NCBI GenBank assembly: GCA_030704615.1
Contig: CM060734.1
Location: forward strand, 31,620,001 to 31,684,000
Source of the DNA: Takakia lepidozioides
Taxonomy: Eukaryota; Plantae; Bryophyta
Direction of reading: 5' to 3'
Length of the DNA stretch: 64,000 nucleotides
Shown here: piece after piece, positions 23,461-34,274 of the stretch
How positions within the stretch are numbered: position 1 is the first letter of the stretch
Layout of the letters: each line of letters opens with the position of its first letter
Notes under the pieces: model-generated
Told to the model about the DNA's origin: nothing
The model's database searches: none
The model's input: the letters and a program-made list of their open reading frames with translations, nothing else
Program-made: the position numbers and the translations under genes

Positions 23461-24544
23461 CACCTGCAAAATGCAATGAAAAACATTTCAAATCAGACCT
23501 TGATAGACCAATAACAAAGCACCCGGGTTGGAAGGTTCCAAAGTCCTGTTTTATACAACCCTATAGGCTGTCCAAGTAGGAACTACGTTCATAAGAGGAT
23601 GAAATGTATACAGAAGCAAGTACCTGATTGATGAGTTTGATGTTGTTAATTTTTGCTGCTGCTATTGACCAAATGCTGCTACTTCCACTGCTGGTAGCCC
23701 TCTTGGGTGATCCTGAACCCATAGTCCATCCTTGCATCAGCGGCTAGCCCTCCCTCCACACTAACATATTTAAATACAAAGTTCTGTCAAACTCCCTACG
23801 ATGTTGCATGAAGAAAGCTCACCTTGTTGACAATATTGTCCCACCGCTGTGGATCAAATTTATAGAACTCCTGCCAGCGCTGTTTCTTGCTCCAAATCTG
23901 GCCCTCTTGGATGATTTTGCACCCACGATCCTCTCCCTGCATCAACAGCTACCCCTCCCTCCACACTAACAATGCGTACATCATGCCTCTGCAGCTACTA
24001 CTGTGGCTTCCAGTTGACCATCTACCCATCCAGGTTTCTTGTAGCTATCATTCCACATGTAGAATCATCCACATGGAATCATAATCTGGAGCTTGGAATC
24101 CGCCATCTGGAAATCTAGGGACGACTCTGATAATAGGGAAAAACAGGCTGAAATGTGTTGAAGAAGGTACCTTCATTAGCAGTCCCTTGTTCTATCTATT
24201 ATCTTTTTTTAGGTACTGTCATGCTACCACCTCGGCAGCAACTTGCAAAGTCACTCCAGAGCACCGCATATCCACCCAACGAGCTAACTTATAGAATTCA
24301 ATACATATGCTTCAGGGCTGAGTCTGATGAGAGGGAAAAACAGGCTGAAACAGGTCAAACCAGAAGGTGCCCTCAGGCTGAAATACGTTGAAGAAGGTAC
24401 CTTTCATCAGCAGTGCCTTGCTTTATCAATTGCGCTGTTGCCGTTGCTGTTTCCAGTTGACCATCCACCCACATTGTCCCACCATTGACTGGGGTCAGAA
24501 AAGTGTCTCATTCCAAAGCTTCTCTTCATCTTTGTGGTGCTATT

Positions 24545-25185
24545 GTAGGGTGACTTCAATGCCCAAGTGGGCAAAGGGCTCCATCAGGACGATATCATTA
24601 GGTCTTCTGGTGAGGACGAGCTGAATTCTAATGGCAGACGGTTAATTAACTGTCTGGAAGAGCTTCAGCTTTTGACCTTGATTAACAAGACAAGAGGTGA
24701 CCAAGTGCAGTGGACTCGTGAGAAATCCCAAACTGGGGAACGTTCCATTGTGGACTATATCATAATGGACAAAATTTGTTCCCCCAGTGTGCCAATGTGT
24801 TGATCGACAGAACTGATATTGGTACCTCTGACCACTTTCTGGACTGAGATCAAAAGGTGTTTTCCCAAGGCCAGAGTAGAAGAGATTCTCAAGGACCTGG
24901 ACCTGGATCCGCAAGTCTTGACCCTGCTGGATAAATCAGACTTAGAGGCTGTAGCGTCCAAAGCCATGTCTATTGCCATGAGATTGTCTGATGAAAATGA
25001 AGTTAGGCATAAAACTTCCCTGAACTTGTTTCTAGTCAGTGACATGGGGGAGGACATCTTGGATGACCTCAAGGGTCCACCCACTCTCGGCACTAGACTG
25101 AAATTTAAACTCAGGGAAGGAAGCCTACCTTTGAACATGAAACAAAAGCAGAGAGGAAAGGGGGAGTGCCACTCTCCCAAGTGAA
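24545..25185 (+). mobile_element. Internally deleted LINE fragment (APE C-half fused to ORF2 C-terminus), inverted relative of the LINE at 25.7-28.5 kb
   Basis: GDFNAQVG..NSNGRRL..SIVDYII..TDIGTSDH joined to RVEEILKDLDLDPQVLTLLDKS..TRLKFKLR..KGEC, near-identical to 26070-26360 (-). Confidence 0.85.
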
Positions 25186-25679
25186 CCTGCATCATTCAGT
25201 TGGCAAGACCGTGTCTGAAAAATTGATCCATTTGAAGACACCACGGTGCAGCTGAGCACAGCCTGACATGACAACAATTAAACATCATACTGAGACAAGA
25301 GAAGCAGTCAAGGACACAGTCATGCATATGGCAGCAAGTGATCACCCTTCAAACATGATTGAAAACATACATGAGGTCAAAGGCAATAAGAAATCAGCGA
25401 AGAGTACTGCAGCTAACAGTTGGAGTGTCTTTAAAGACAAAGGGAAGAGAAAGAAACACTTCACTGGCAATGAGGGGAGGCTGTGGAAACACCAAGAGGA
25501 TGGCACAAATGATAGAAATAACAGGGCTGGGCAAAGGATCCTGCAGGAAGAAGAAAGGGTATGTCAGCATGGAAAGGACGTGCGGCTCATTCCAACAGAA
25601 AGGGGAACATTCGTGCAGTTAAGTACAACAACCAATTGCCCTTCAATTATGGCTGGAATTTTCCAAAAGGCGAGGGATG

Positions 25680-28460
25680 ATAAGGATGAGATTGTACTCA
25701 TAAGACGTTGTTTGCCGTAGCCTTGTGGCCATTGACCCCGTGCCCAGTTTCAGTGGGAACAAAAGGAACAGGGCTGACGTTGGTAGTAAGACTTACCATC
25801 GTATAAGGAATTAATCCGGGTTTTCCAGATATCCTCTAGAAAACCCTTCACACAAGCATCAATCTGCTGTGTGATTTGCCCAAAAACTAGGCCTCAGGAG
25901 GGCCTGGGCTTTTGGCTCAGCCTCGAGACTTTCAAAGTTGGTAAACAGGGGTACAGGCACAATTCCCTTGATAGAATTGAAGAGAGCCTCTCTTTGGTGA
26001 GAGAACCCGGACAGCGTATCAGAATGAATACTGTCTTCAGATTGCCCACACAACGGACAATTGCACTCTCCCTTTCCTCTCTGCTTCTGTTTGCTGTTCA
26101 AAGTAGGCTTCCTGCCCTGAGTTTAAATTTCAGTCTAGTGCCGAGAGTGGGTAGACCCTTGAGGTCATCCAAGATGTCCACCCCCATGTCACTGACTGGA
26201 AACAAGTTCAGGGAAGTTCTCTGCCTAACTTCATTTTCATCAGACAATCTCATGGCAACAGACATGGCCTCAGACACTACAGCCTCTAAGGCAGATTTAT
26301 CCAGCAGGGTCAAGACTTGCGGATCCAGGTCCAGGTCCTTGAGAATCTTTTCTACTCTCTTCTGCCAGGACTTAGCCTGTTTGACAGGGCGGTCCTGTTT
26401 CCAAGATATAGAGTCAATCAACTTAGGATATCTGGTGTTGGGCATATGTTGCAGCTGACCCCACCATCTGACCTTGAATTCATCTCGTCGGGAGCTTAAG
26501 GATGGAATGCCAAACTCACCCCGAACAGCCACATTGGCTGTTTTGGAGCATGCTGACATACACTCCTTAAGCACCCCCACTTGAATGGATTCTAGAGACT
26601 TAGCCTGGTTGGAGTTATCAACCCATATAGCAGATCCATACTCCAAGGCAGGTCTAATAACGCGACAAAGCATGGTTTTCTTAACCTCAGAGATGACCCC
26701 TCTGCAGTGGAAAAATTTAGTGAGCCCCAGAGCTTTGCCCTTGCCAGTTCGAACAACTTTCCGGATATGTGCATCCCAATTACAATTGGAGGAAAACTCA
26801 ACGCCCAGGTAAGTGTAGGAAGGGAGGACCGGGATCTCTTGGCTACCCCACTGCCACTTAAGATCACTTCCTCCCTCTCCTCTGTCGTTGAATGCTACCA
26901 CTGCACATTTGCTGACATTAGCCTCTAGCCCCCAAAGATCAAAGTATCTCTTTGCGCAATTAATCAACTCCTGAGTGTGATGCCACGGTAGTTCCCCGGT
27001 TCTTCTCTGTCACCCTTCTTGTATAGACTGACAATGACCCCCTGTCGCCAAGCGAAAGGGGATCATTTCAGTCTTCCAGATAAGGTTAAAGAGGAGAACT
27101 AGGGCCTCTATCATGGGATCGCCACCGTGCTTGATAAGCTCGTTGACAATACCATCAGGTCCACCAGCTTTATATCCATTTAAATGTTCAATTGCTTCCA
27201 CAATCTCAGAAGAACTAATGGGAGCGTTATAAGCCATTGAAATAATACTCCAGTTCATCATGGCTGTTTTGAATCATAGGAACAATTTTTCCAACTGTGT
27301 CCCTCCATTCAGCAGAAGACCCCTCATTGTTAGACCTAGAAGTTCTGCCAAAGATACTGTAGTGATTTTCAAAGGTTTTGACAATGTCAACGATGAAGTC
27401 ACCATTGCACCTTTAGTAGTCTTCAGCGCTTGTACTTGCTGACCGTTTTTAGGCTTGTACAAACGTTGAAGGGCCAACCATAATTTCTTGTCATTACCAC
27501 CATGGTGGTTTGAGTTTATTTCACTGTATAACTTATCCCAGTATAATTTCTTCTGAGACCTAACAAGCTGATTGATATCTTTCCGGAGCTGATAGTACCT
27601 CGCCCACAATTCTTGTTGGTTTTCAAATTGCAGCACTCTTTATAGAGGGCTCGTCCTCACCAAAAGGCCCAATGATATCGTCCTGATGGAGCCCTTTGCC
27701 CACCGGGCATTGAAGTCACCCAATAGCACTACCTGACCTTTGGCAAGGAACGAAGCACAGTCCAGCTTTACATCTTCGAAGGCTTTGTCTGCGTCAGCAC
27801 TGAGGGTCCCCTCTGTGGGCATGTAAACACAACCCACAAAGAGGTCCTTCGTACTCATGCCGCCCTTCAGATTCAGTTTTAGCCAGATACTATGTTCGTA
27901 CCTCAAACCCTTGTTGATAATTTCACAATTATCAAACAGAAATCACGGACAAGAATCCAACCCCTTTTTTACCGCGTTTGGCAGAGGCTGCCTTGAGAGT
28001 ACACATCCTACCTGCCCATTTATAACCATTGACATCTCCAACCAGTTTATCCGAAGTTTCCCATGTTTCTTGCCCAGCACAGATATGAATATCATTAGTC
28101 CGAAGGACTTGTCCCACTTCGAGTTGTTTCCTTTGGTTAGTAAGCCCTGAGAAGTTGAAAGTGGCCAGCCGCAAGCCAGCCCTTTGCATGTGAATTGTTT
28201 GTCGTCTAGGTAATTTGGGATTGCTCCTGGACGCCCAACCGTTCTGCACAGGGGGGACAGTTACCCCTGTGTAGATTTTGCTCGTCTTGTGTAAACTCTT
28301 GAGTACCAAATCCTTCAGATTTAGGACGTTCAGGTTCTGTACACTTAGGGGCATCTTGTCCCTCTGGCTGTTTGGATTAAATAAGGATGAGAATAGGCCT
28401 GATACAGTGAGTACAACCATTGTGTCACGCCAATCATTATTAGGAAAGAAAATAGGCCTA
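25680..28460 (-). mobile_element. Degenerate APE-type LINE (RTE/RTEX-like) with internal deletions
   Basis: APE: TFNFSGL, GQETWE, GVGFL, VGCVYMP, LLGDFNAR. RT flanks: KAGGPDGIVNELIK, NVSKCAVV, YTYLGV, RPALEYGS. C-terminal CPLC knuckle. RT core largely deleted. Confidence 0.88.
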
Positions 28461-28489
28461 ATGTGCTCATTACCTCTGATGACTGGGAA

Positions 28490-28916
28490 TCTTGATGCCC
28501 ATGTCCTCCTGTGATTGCTGCACAACAATCCGCCACCACACCCGCATATCATCACCGATCAGCCCAGGCCTGCCCCACATTCCCGCGCACTTACTTCATC
28601 CCCTTCGATTCCTGCCCTCTACATACATCACAACCTCAAACCTTCTCCCAAGTCAGTGCCCTCACCACATTCTGGTGCCCTCACCACATTGTCCTACCAT
28701 GCCCTGTAGAGAAGAGGGGAGAGGAGAGGAGGAAAAAGAGAAAGCCCGCGGAAGGGAAGGCGAACGCGGGAGAGGAGGAGAAAGAAAAGAGAAAGCCGCG
28801 GGAGGTCAGGGGAGAAAGATCGTGGAGCGGAAAAAAAAAAAAAAAAAACATACAAAACGACGATTCCACGATTCGATCCCGGGATGCATCGCGGCGGAAT
28901 CGCCATTCTTACCACT
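28490..28916 (-). mobile_element. Putative DNA-transposon terminus with gaatcg subterminal repeats
   Basis: Minus strand begins tagtggtaagaatggcgattcc followed by repeated gaatcg/cgattc; partner TIR not found. Confidence 0.4.
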
Positions 28917-30133
28917 ACACTATCCCTAAAAACTCAACAACCCCCTCCTGTAAAATTATATTTAAGGTGTTTTAAACCCCCCTCTGTATGTATAATGTTG
29001 TACATGGGGGGGTTTAAAATACCCCCTCCTGTGCACGCACGTGGCTGGTACATTTAATGAGGAGTGCACCCCCCGGGCACCCAGTGGAGTTTGTGTAAAC
29101 CCGAGTGGAGTTACAGACCTTGTCGTGTAACCTAATGTAACCCCAAGTGGAGTTACACACCTCGCAGAGTAACCCTGACTGGAGTTTACACTCCTTCAGT
29201 TCCATGTCACTCTCAAGAGAGGGTGTGGAAGATTTGACATGCCAGAAACTGGCGTACCATCCTGTCAGAGGTTGCACGTGTCTATTAAGTTCTTACATTC
29301 TTCCATACATATATATATATATAACATATTTACTTATCTTATTTATTTTGTTTGTGTCTCTACTCTCTCATCGAGTCTCCCTGCATTGCAATTCACTAGA
29401 TCTGATCCTCTGGGGCTGATCTAGATAGCTTAGAAGCAGTACTTTCTAAAAGGCTGGACTCCTGTCTGGAGCGAGGTACTGTTTCAGTAAGGCTCGGCAA
29501 TCTAGTCCACTGGACACATGTATCGACGCGCTGCACACTTGCCTGGGGCAGAACCATGTATATTCCTCCTACCATCAACGGTTTTTGGACCTTTGAAAAT
29601 GCTCCGGATATATTTTGGGATACGTCATTGTCGCAATTTCAGTCTAGGGAGGTTTCGGAAATCACACACTCAATCCACTCGTCTGATCTCGAACTTTTTT
29701 GGCGTTGAGTTGACGGGCTACACGTTGGAACAAGTAGTTGTGGTGTATCTATGGAATTTGGTAACATCTGTGAATAATAAGAAACATATAGATTTGAATA
29801 AGGGGCCCAGGTTTGAAAGGGGGTGTGGGGATTAGAGAGTGGTACAAGAATTATGAAGCGGGACTTATAGTAAGTCAATTGGGGGAAAAAAAAAGGCAGG
29901 AAGGTAAGACCTATTAAATAGGGGATGGTTCATGGTTAGATTGGGGTTAGGCGTGGTGGTTTCTAGGAGGGACGCATGTTAGGGCATCCTTCTAGAAGGT
30001 TCCACCACTTCAGGGTAGGCGGCCTTCTAGAAGGGTCCCACCGCCCCTCTAGGGTATATAAAGAGAGCCGGGCTCTCTTCCACTGCAATGTGCATCTTAC
30101 TATCTATTCTTATTACTTATTACTTAATACTTA

Positions 30134-30171
30134 CTAGTAGTACCTAGGGGGCTCTGCACATGCAGGGCCCC
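30134..30171 (-). mobile_element. Helitron 3' terminus (hairpin + CTAG|T)
   Basis: Minus strand: ggggccctgcatgtgcagagcccc hairpin, ~10 nt spacer, CTAG then T. Confidence 0.65.
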
Positions 30172-30231
30172 AAAAAAAATGCAAACCATGACAAAATAAA
30201 TTAATAGAAGTAGAGGTAATGATGAATAAAC

Positions 30232-31545
30232 CAGTGTTGGTGATTTTTTTCATAACCGGCGGTTCCGGTTGTTTCGAATTTTAGGAAACTATTCACTGCG
30301 GTTGTGGTTAATAAATTTTTTATGGCTAAATATAACCTCAGCGGGTTACGGTTACTTGCAAAAACCTCAAATAACCTGTGGTTTCCATCAAATAACCGCG
30401 GGTATTGGGCGGTTTTTTAAGAGGTTTTTTGCTCGGTTATTTTGAATGCGTGACCTCCGCCGGTTCCTAACTGGACCGGTTACTCATTTTTTCACCTCCG
30501 CCGGTTATATATATATATAACCGGATAGGAAATCGCCGGGTATTAGAGAGAATACCCTAAGGGATATCACTCATTATAGCCGGCCTAGGCGGCAGCTACC
30601 GTACCTACCTAGCTTATTAGGCACTTCCATTCCTAATAATTAATAAAAATAGGATATTATTAGGCAGATTCGTTTTTATTATTTAGGCACCTCACCTAGG
30701 TAATTTCCAGTGTTGGACGGTTATTTGATTTTTTTCATAAGCAGCGGTTCCAGTTGCTTCAAATTTTAGAAAACTAGGAACCTGCGGTTGCGGTTTTTAA
30801 AAATTTTTATGGCTAGATTTAACCTGCCAGTTCCGGTTACTTGCAAAAACCTCAAATAACCGACGATTTTCATCAAATAACCGCGGGTATTGGGCGGTTT
30901 TTTAAGAGGTTTTTTGCTCGGTTATTTGAACGCGTGACCTCCGCCGGTTCCTAACTGGACCGGTTACTCATTTTTCCACCTTCGCCGGCTATATATATAT
31001 ATATAACTGGATAGGAAATCGCCGGGTATTAGAGAGAATACCCTAAGGGATATCACTCATTATAGCCGGCTTGGGCGGCAACTACCGTACTTACCTAGCT
31101 TATTAGGCACTTCCATTCCTAATAATTAATAAAAAAAATAGAATATTATTAGGCAGATTCATTTTTATTATTTAAGCACCTCACCTAGGTAATTTCCAGT
31201 GTTAGGCGGTTATTTGATTCTTTTCATAAGCGGCAGTTCCGGTTGCTTCAAATTTTAGAAAACTATGAACCTGCAGTTACGGTTATTAAATTTTTTATGG
31301 CTAGATATAACCTGCCGGTTCCGGTTACTTGCAAAAACCTCGAATAACCGACAATTTTCATCAAATAACCGCGGGTATTGGGCAATTCTTTAAGAGGTTT
31401 TTTGCTCAATTATTTGAATGTCTAGCCTCCGCCAGTTCCTAACTGGACCAGTTGCTTCATTTTTTCACCTGCGCTGTCATATATACATATAACTGGATAG
31501 AGGCCGGTATTAGAGAGAAATTCAAATAACCACCCAACATTGGTA
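30232..31545. repeat. ~489-bp tandem triplication built from two MITEs
   Basis: cagtgtt unit starts at ~30233, 30708 and 31197 with high identity. Confidence 0.9.
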
Positions 31546-31773
31546 ATTTCCAAACATTAGGCATGTATTATAGTTGACCCTGCATAATAATGAACAATTA
31601 TTTTTTAGCTCCCTCAAAAATTATTGTTGAGGTAGTTTTCACAATTTTCGAGCAATTAGGAACTTCTCAGGAAAATTTTCCAAGTTTTAGGAAAAATTTC
31701 CCAAAAATGTTCTAAATTCAATTAGGCACTTGATTTTGAATTAATTATTGCCTAATAAGCTAGGTAAGTACGG
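31085..31773. mobile_element. Tc1/pogo-type MITE (TA TSD) carrying a nested hAT MITE
   Basis: TA|ccgtacttacctagcttattaggca ... tgcctaataagctaggtaagtacgg|TA, perfect 25-bp TIR. Confidence 0.85.
31197..31542. mobile_element. hAT-type MITE with 8-bp TSD
   Basis: GTAATTTC|cagtgttaggcggttatttga ... tcaaataaccacccaacattg|GTAATTTC. Confidence 0.85.
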
Positions 31774-32098
31774 TATGACACATATCTCAACTCCACAGTT
31801 GTAAACATTACAATGTTTTACAGAAAATCTCAAGATAACCTACTACTGGAGATAGCTTAGTTAAACGACACTTGAGAGCCTCAATTCTTGATAGCGCCCC
31901 AGCTGCCAAATGTGAAAGTCCTGGTGATTTTAATGGCCACCCTGAGTATTGCTGCCTGCTAAAAGGCCAGCCCCTGTCCTTGTTTTTGCCGTTGTCAATA
32001 AATGGGCAGGTTAGTATGTACAGAGTCAGAAACACCTCTATGGATTTTTGTGGAGATTTCCGACCGATTTCCGATTTATCATTCCACCACAAAGCTGC

Positions 32099-32658
32099 TT
32101 AGAACAAGTGATGGTGTTTCTTCTCGGGTTCATTCAGCTTCTCCGCATCTTTCTTCTCATGGCGCTCGTGCAAGCCATAGCCGAGTGCTGCAGCAGCAGC
32201 TAATTCTCCCTCCCGCTTGTGCCGGTGCTCCTTCTTCAGCTCCTGCTCATTAACCTGTACAAACAATTCCTCGGTGACCAGAGTTACATATAGTATCTAA
32301 GAACATTACGGAGGATATTACAGTGATTGAAACACGATCTGTCCGGCTTTACTACACTTGCCTCTGCAAGAGATGTGAAGAAATCGGACAGGTAATTACA
32401 TAACCCTCTCCCTTGCGTTTAAAATCCGGCTAGTCTACGTGGTGGACATCACGGATCTTCATGAATCTGATTAAAGAGATCCTAAGACCATTCTGCATGC
32501 TCTCTTCCTACTGTTAAATCGAGCAGTGAGAGTACCATGGGAGCAGCAGCCGTGCTCTGTACTGGCACTGGCGCGGCGGTATAGGCACCCTCGGTGGCCA
32601 CTGCATCGCCCGCGTTGCCGTGATGGAAGAGTCCATGGTGGTGGTGTCCCTCTGCCAT
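32099..32658 (-). CDS. ASR: ASR (ABA/stress/ripening; ABA/WDS-induced) protein, 92 aa, two exons
   Basis: Exon 32658-32536 gives MAEGHHHHGLFHHG...APM; GT-AG intron; exon 32254-32099 gives VNEQELKKEHRHKREGELAAAAALGYGLHERHEKKDAEKLNEPEKKHHHLF*. His-rich N-terminus and KKHHHLF end are ASR signatures. Confidence 0.85.
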
Positions 32659-34274
32659 TTCAACTCAGACTCGAAAAAGCACGGAGAAGAATCTGCAAAC
32701 AAGACTGGAAAATTTACGCAGTTGAAGCCAGGAACTGGATTGTGATCTGGAAACGTTGAAACGTTGAAACGCCTTCTGAGAATTCGAGTGAAACAAAAAG
32801 ATGAAGATCGCTGCCGCCTTTTATGGCCTCGCCTTGATGAACTTCTCATTCGTCCTTCATTCAGATTCTTTTATCATCCATCTATAAGCAGTATCATCCC
32901 TTAGGTGGGCGGCATCCATTAGGTGACGGCGAGCTGCATGGATGTCGGCGCGAAAGACGACACCTGGCTGGACAGGTGTCTTCCCCGCAGGTCACATGAC
33001 TTTGTCCTCTGGAGACCCGCTATTACCAGTTGCTGGAGACCGAGCGCCGGCTACCGGCGGCAAGTTAGCTCCTTTTCAAGCTACGAGTTGTCTAAGCGCA
33101 GAACGATGCTCTTGTGCGAGACGACGGCGAGCACCGAAGGCAAGCATTCAGTAGACGCGATGCAGAATGACCTAACTTAAGCTATGCCCATGTCAAACCC
33201 TTACCTCTTCATTCAAGATCCTAAAGCTGAGGAAGCCATAACATTTTACTCGTAGCACTGAGAGGTGGTGAAGAAGCAGTCCTAGCAAAAGAGAAAGAGA
33301 GGGCAGGAGCAACAGCATCACCTCATGGTGGGACATGCTGAGATCTTGCTGCCTTGATGAAACTGAGGAGACAGAGCACGTGCTATGTTAGAGTCAAAGG
33401 CATTTTGGGTCCAGAGGTAACCTGGCATCTCTGGCATGGTCAGAATCCCGTTACTGGAGCAGAATGATCGTGAGCGTTAGGATCACTACACCACTCGCAG
33501 TTTGATATCTATAAAACCGTACACTCGAGGGTACACAAGAAGCAGGCACTAATTTATTATTGCAGAAAGTTAGTCATTCAAACCAGGAGGACTGATGCCG
33601 GTCAGTGTGTATGTTTGAGATAAACAACTCAACTGATAGATCACCACTAAAGCTGCAGTCAGCCTGCCAACTTTCTTCCATTTGGCCGGATGCCAAACTT
33701 CCCATTCTGTCGGTTTTACATAGTCAAGAAGGCAAAAACAACTACAGACATCATCTCTCTTTCAAACCAATGCCATCCAATAGAGTCCAGCAGGTTCCTT
33801 GCCAATTGTGCCTTAGTCCCCCACCTTCATGAAATGATGCAGGTGTATATTGAGCTGATTACACTTCGAGAGCAGTACATCTCTCTGACCTTCAGCCCTG
33901 ACGAGTCTGCAAATTGATGGCATTATCAATAATCAAATCATCAAACAGTTGGTCTTGATGCTGTTTCATCAATCCAAGCCTCAATGCTCTAGAGGGTAGT
34001 AATATCACCTCCACAAATAAATATTCCATCTCAGTAAGTATAAACTGTGTGCCCCCTGAGATGGGAAGAGAATGAGAACAAGAGATAGAGTACTGGGTAG
34101 GTTGTCTTTGTCTGTCTCTCTCTCAAAGCCAGACACTTATGCTTGAGAGAAAATAGAGGTTGGGAGAAAAGTGATATGTGGCCTGTACAGCTAGGTACAT
34201 CTGAGCACCATATGGTGATATCAATAGATGGTCGTAAATTGATCAGCTGAAGTACCCCAGCACCCAACCAGCTG

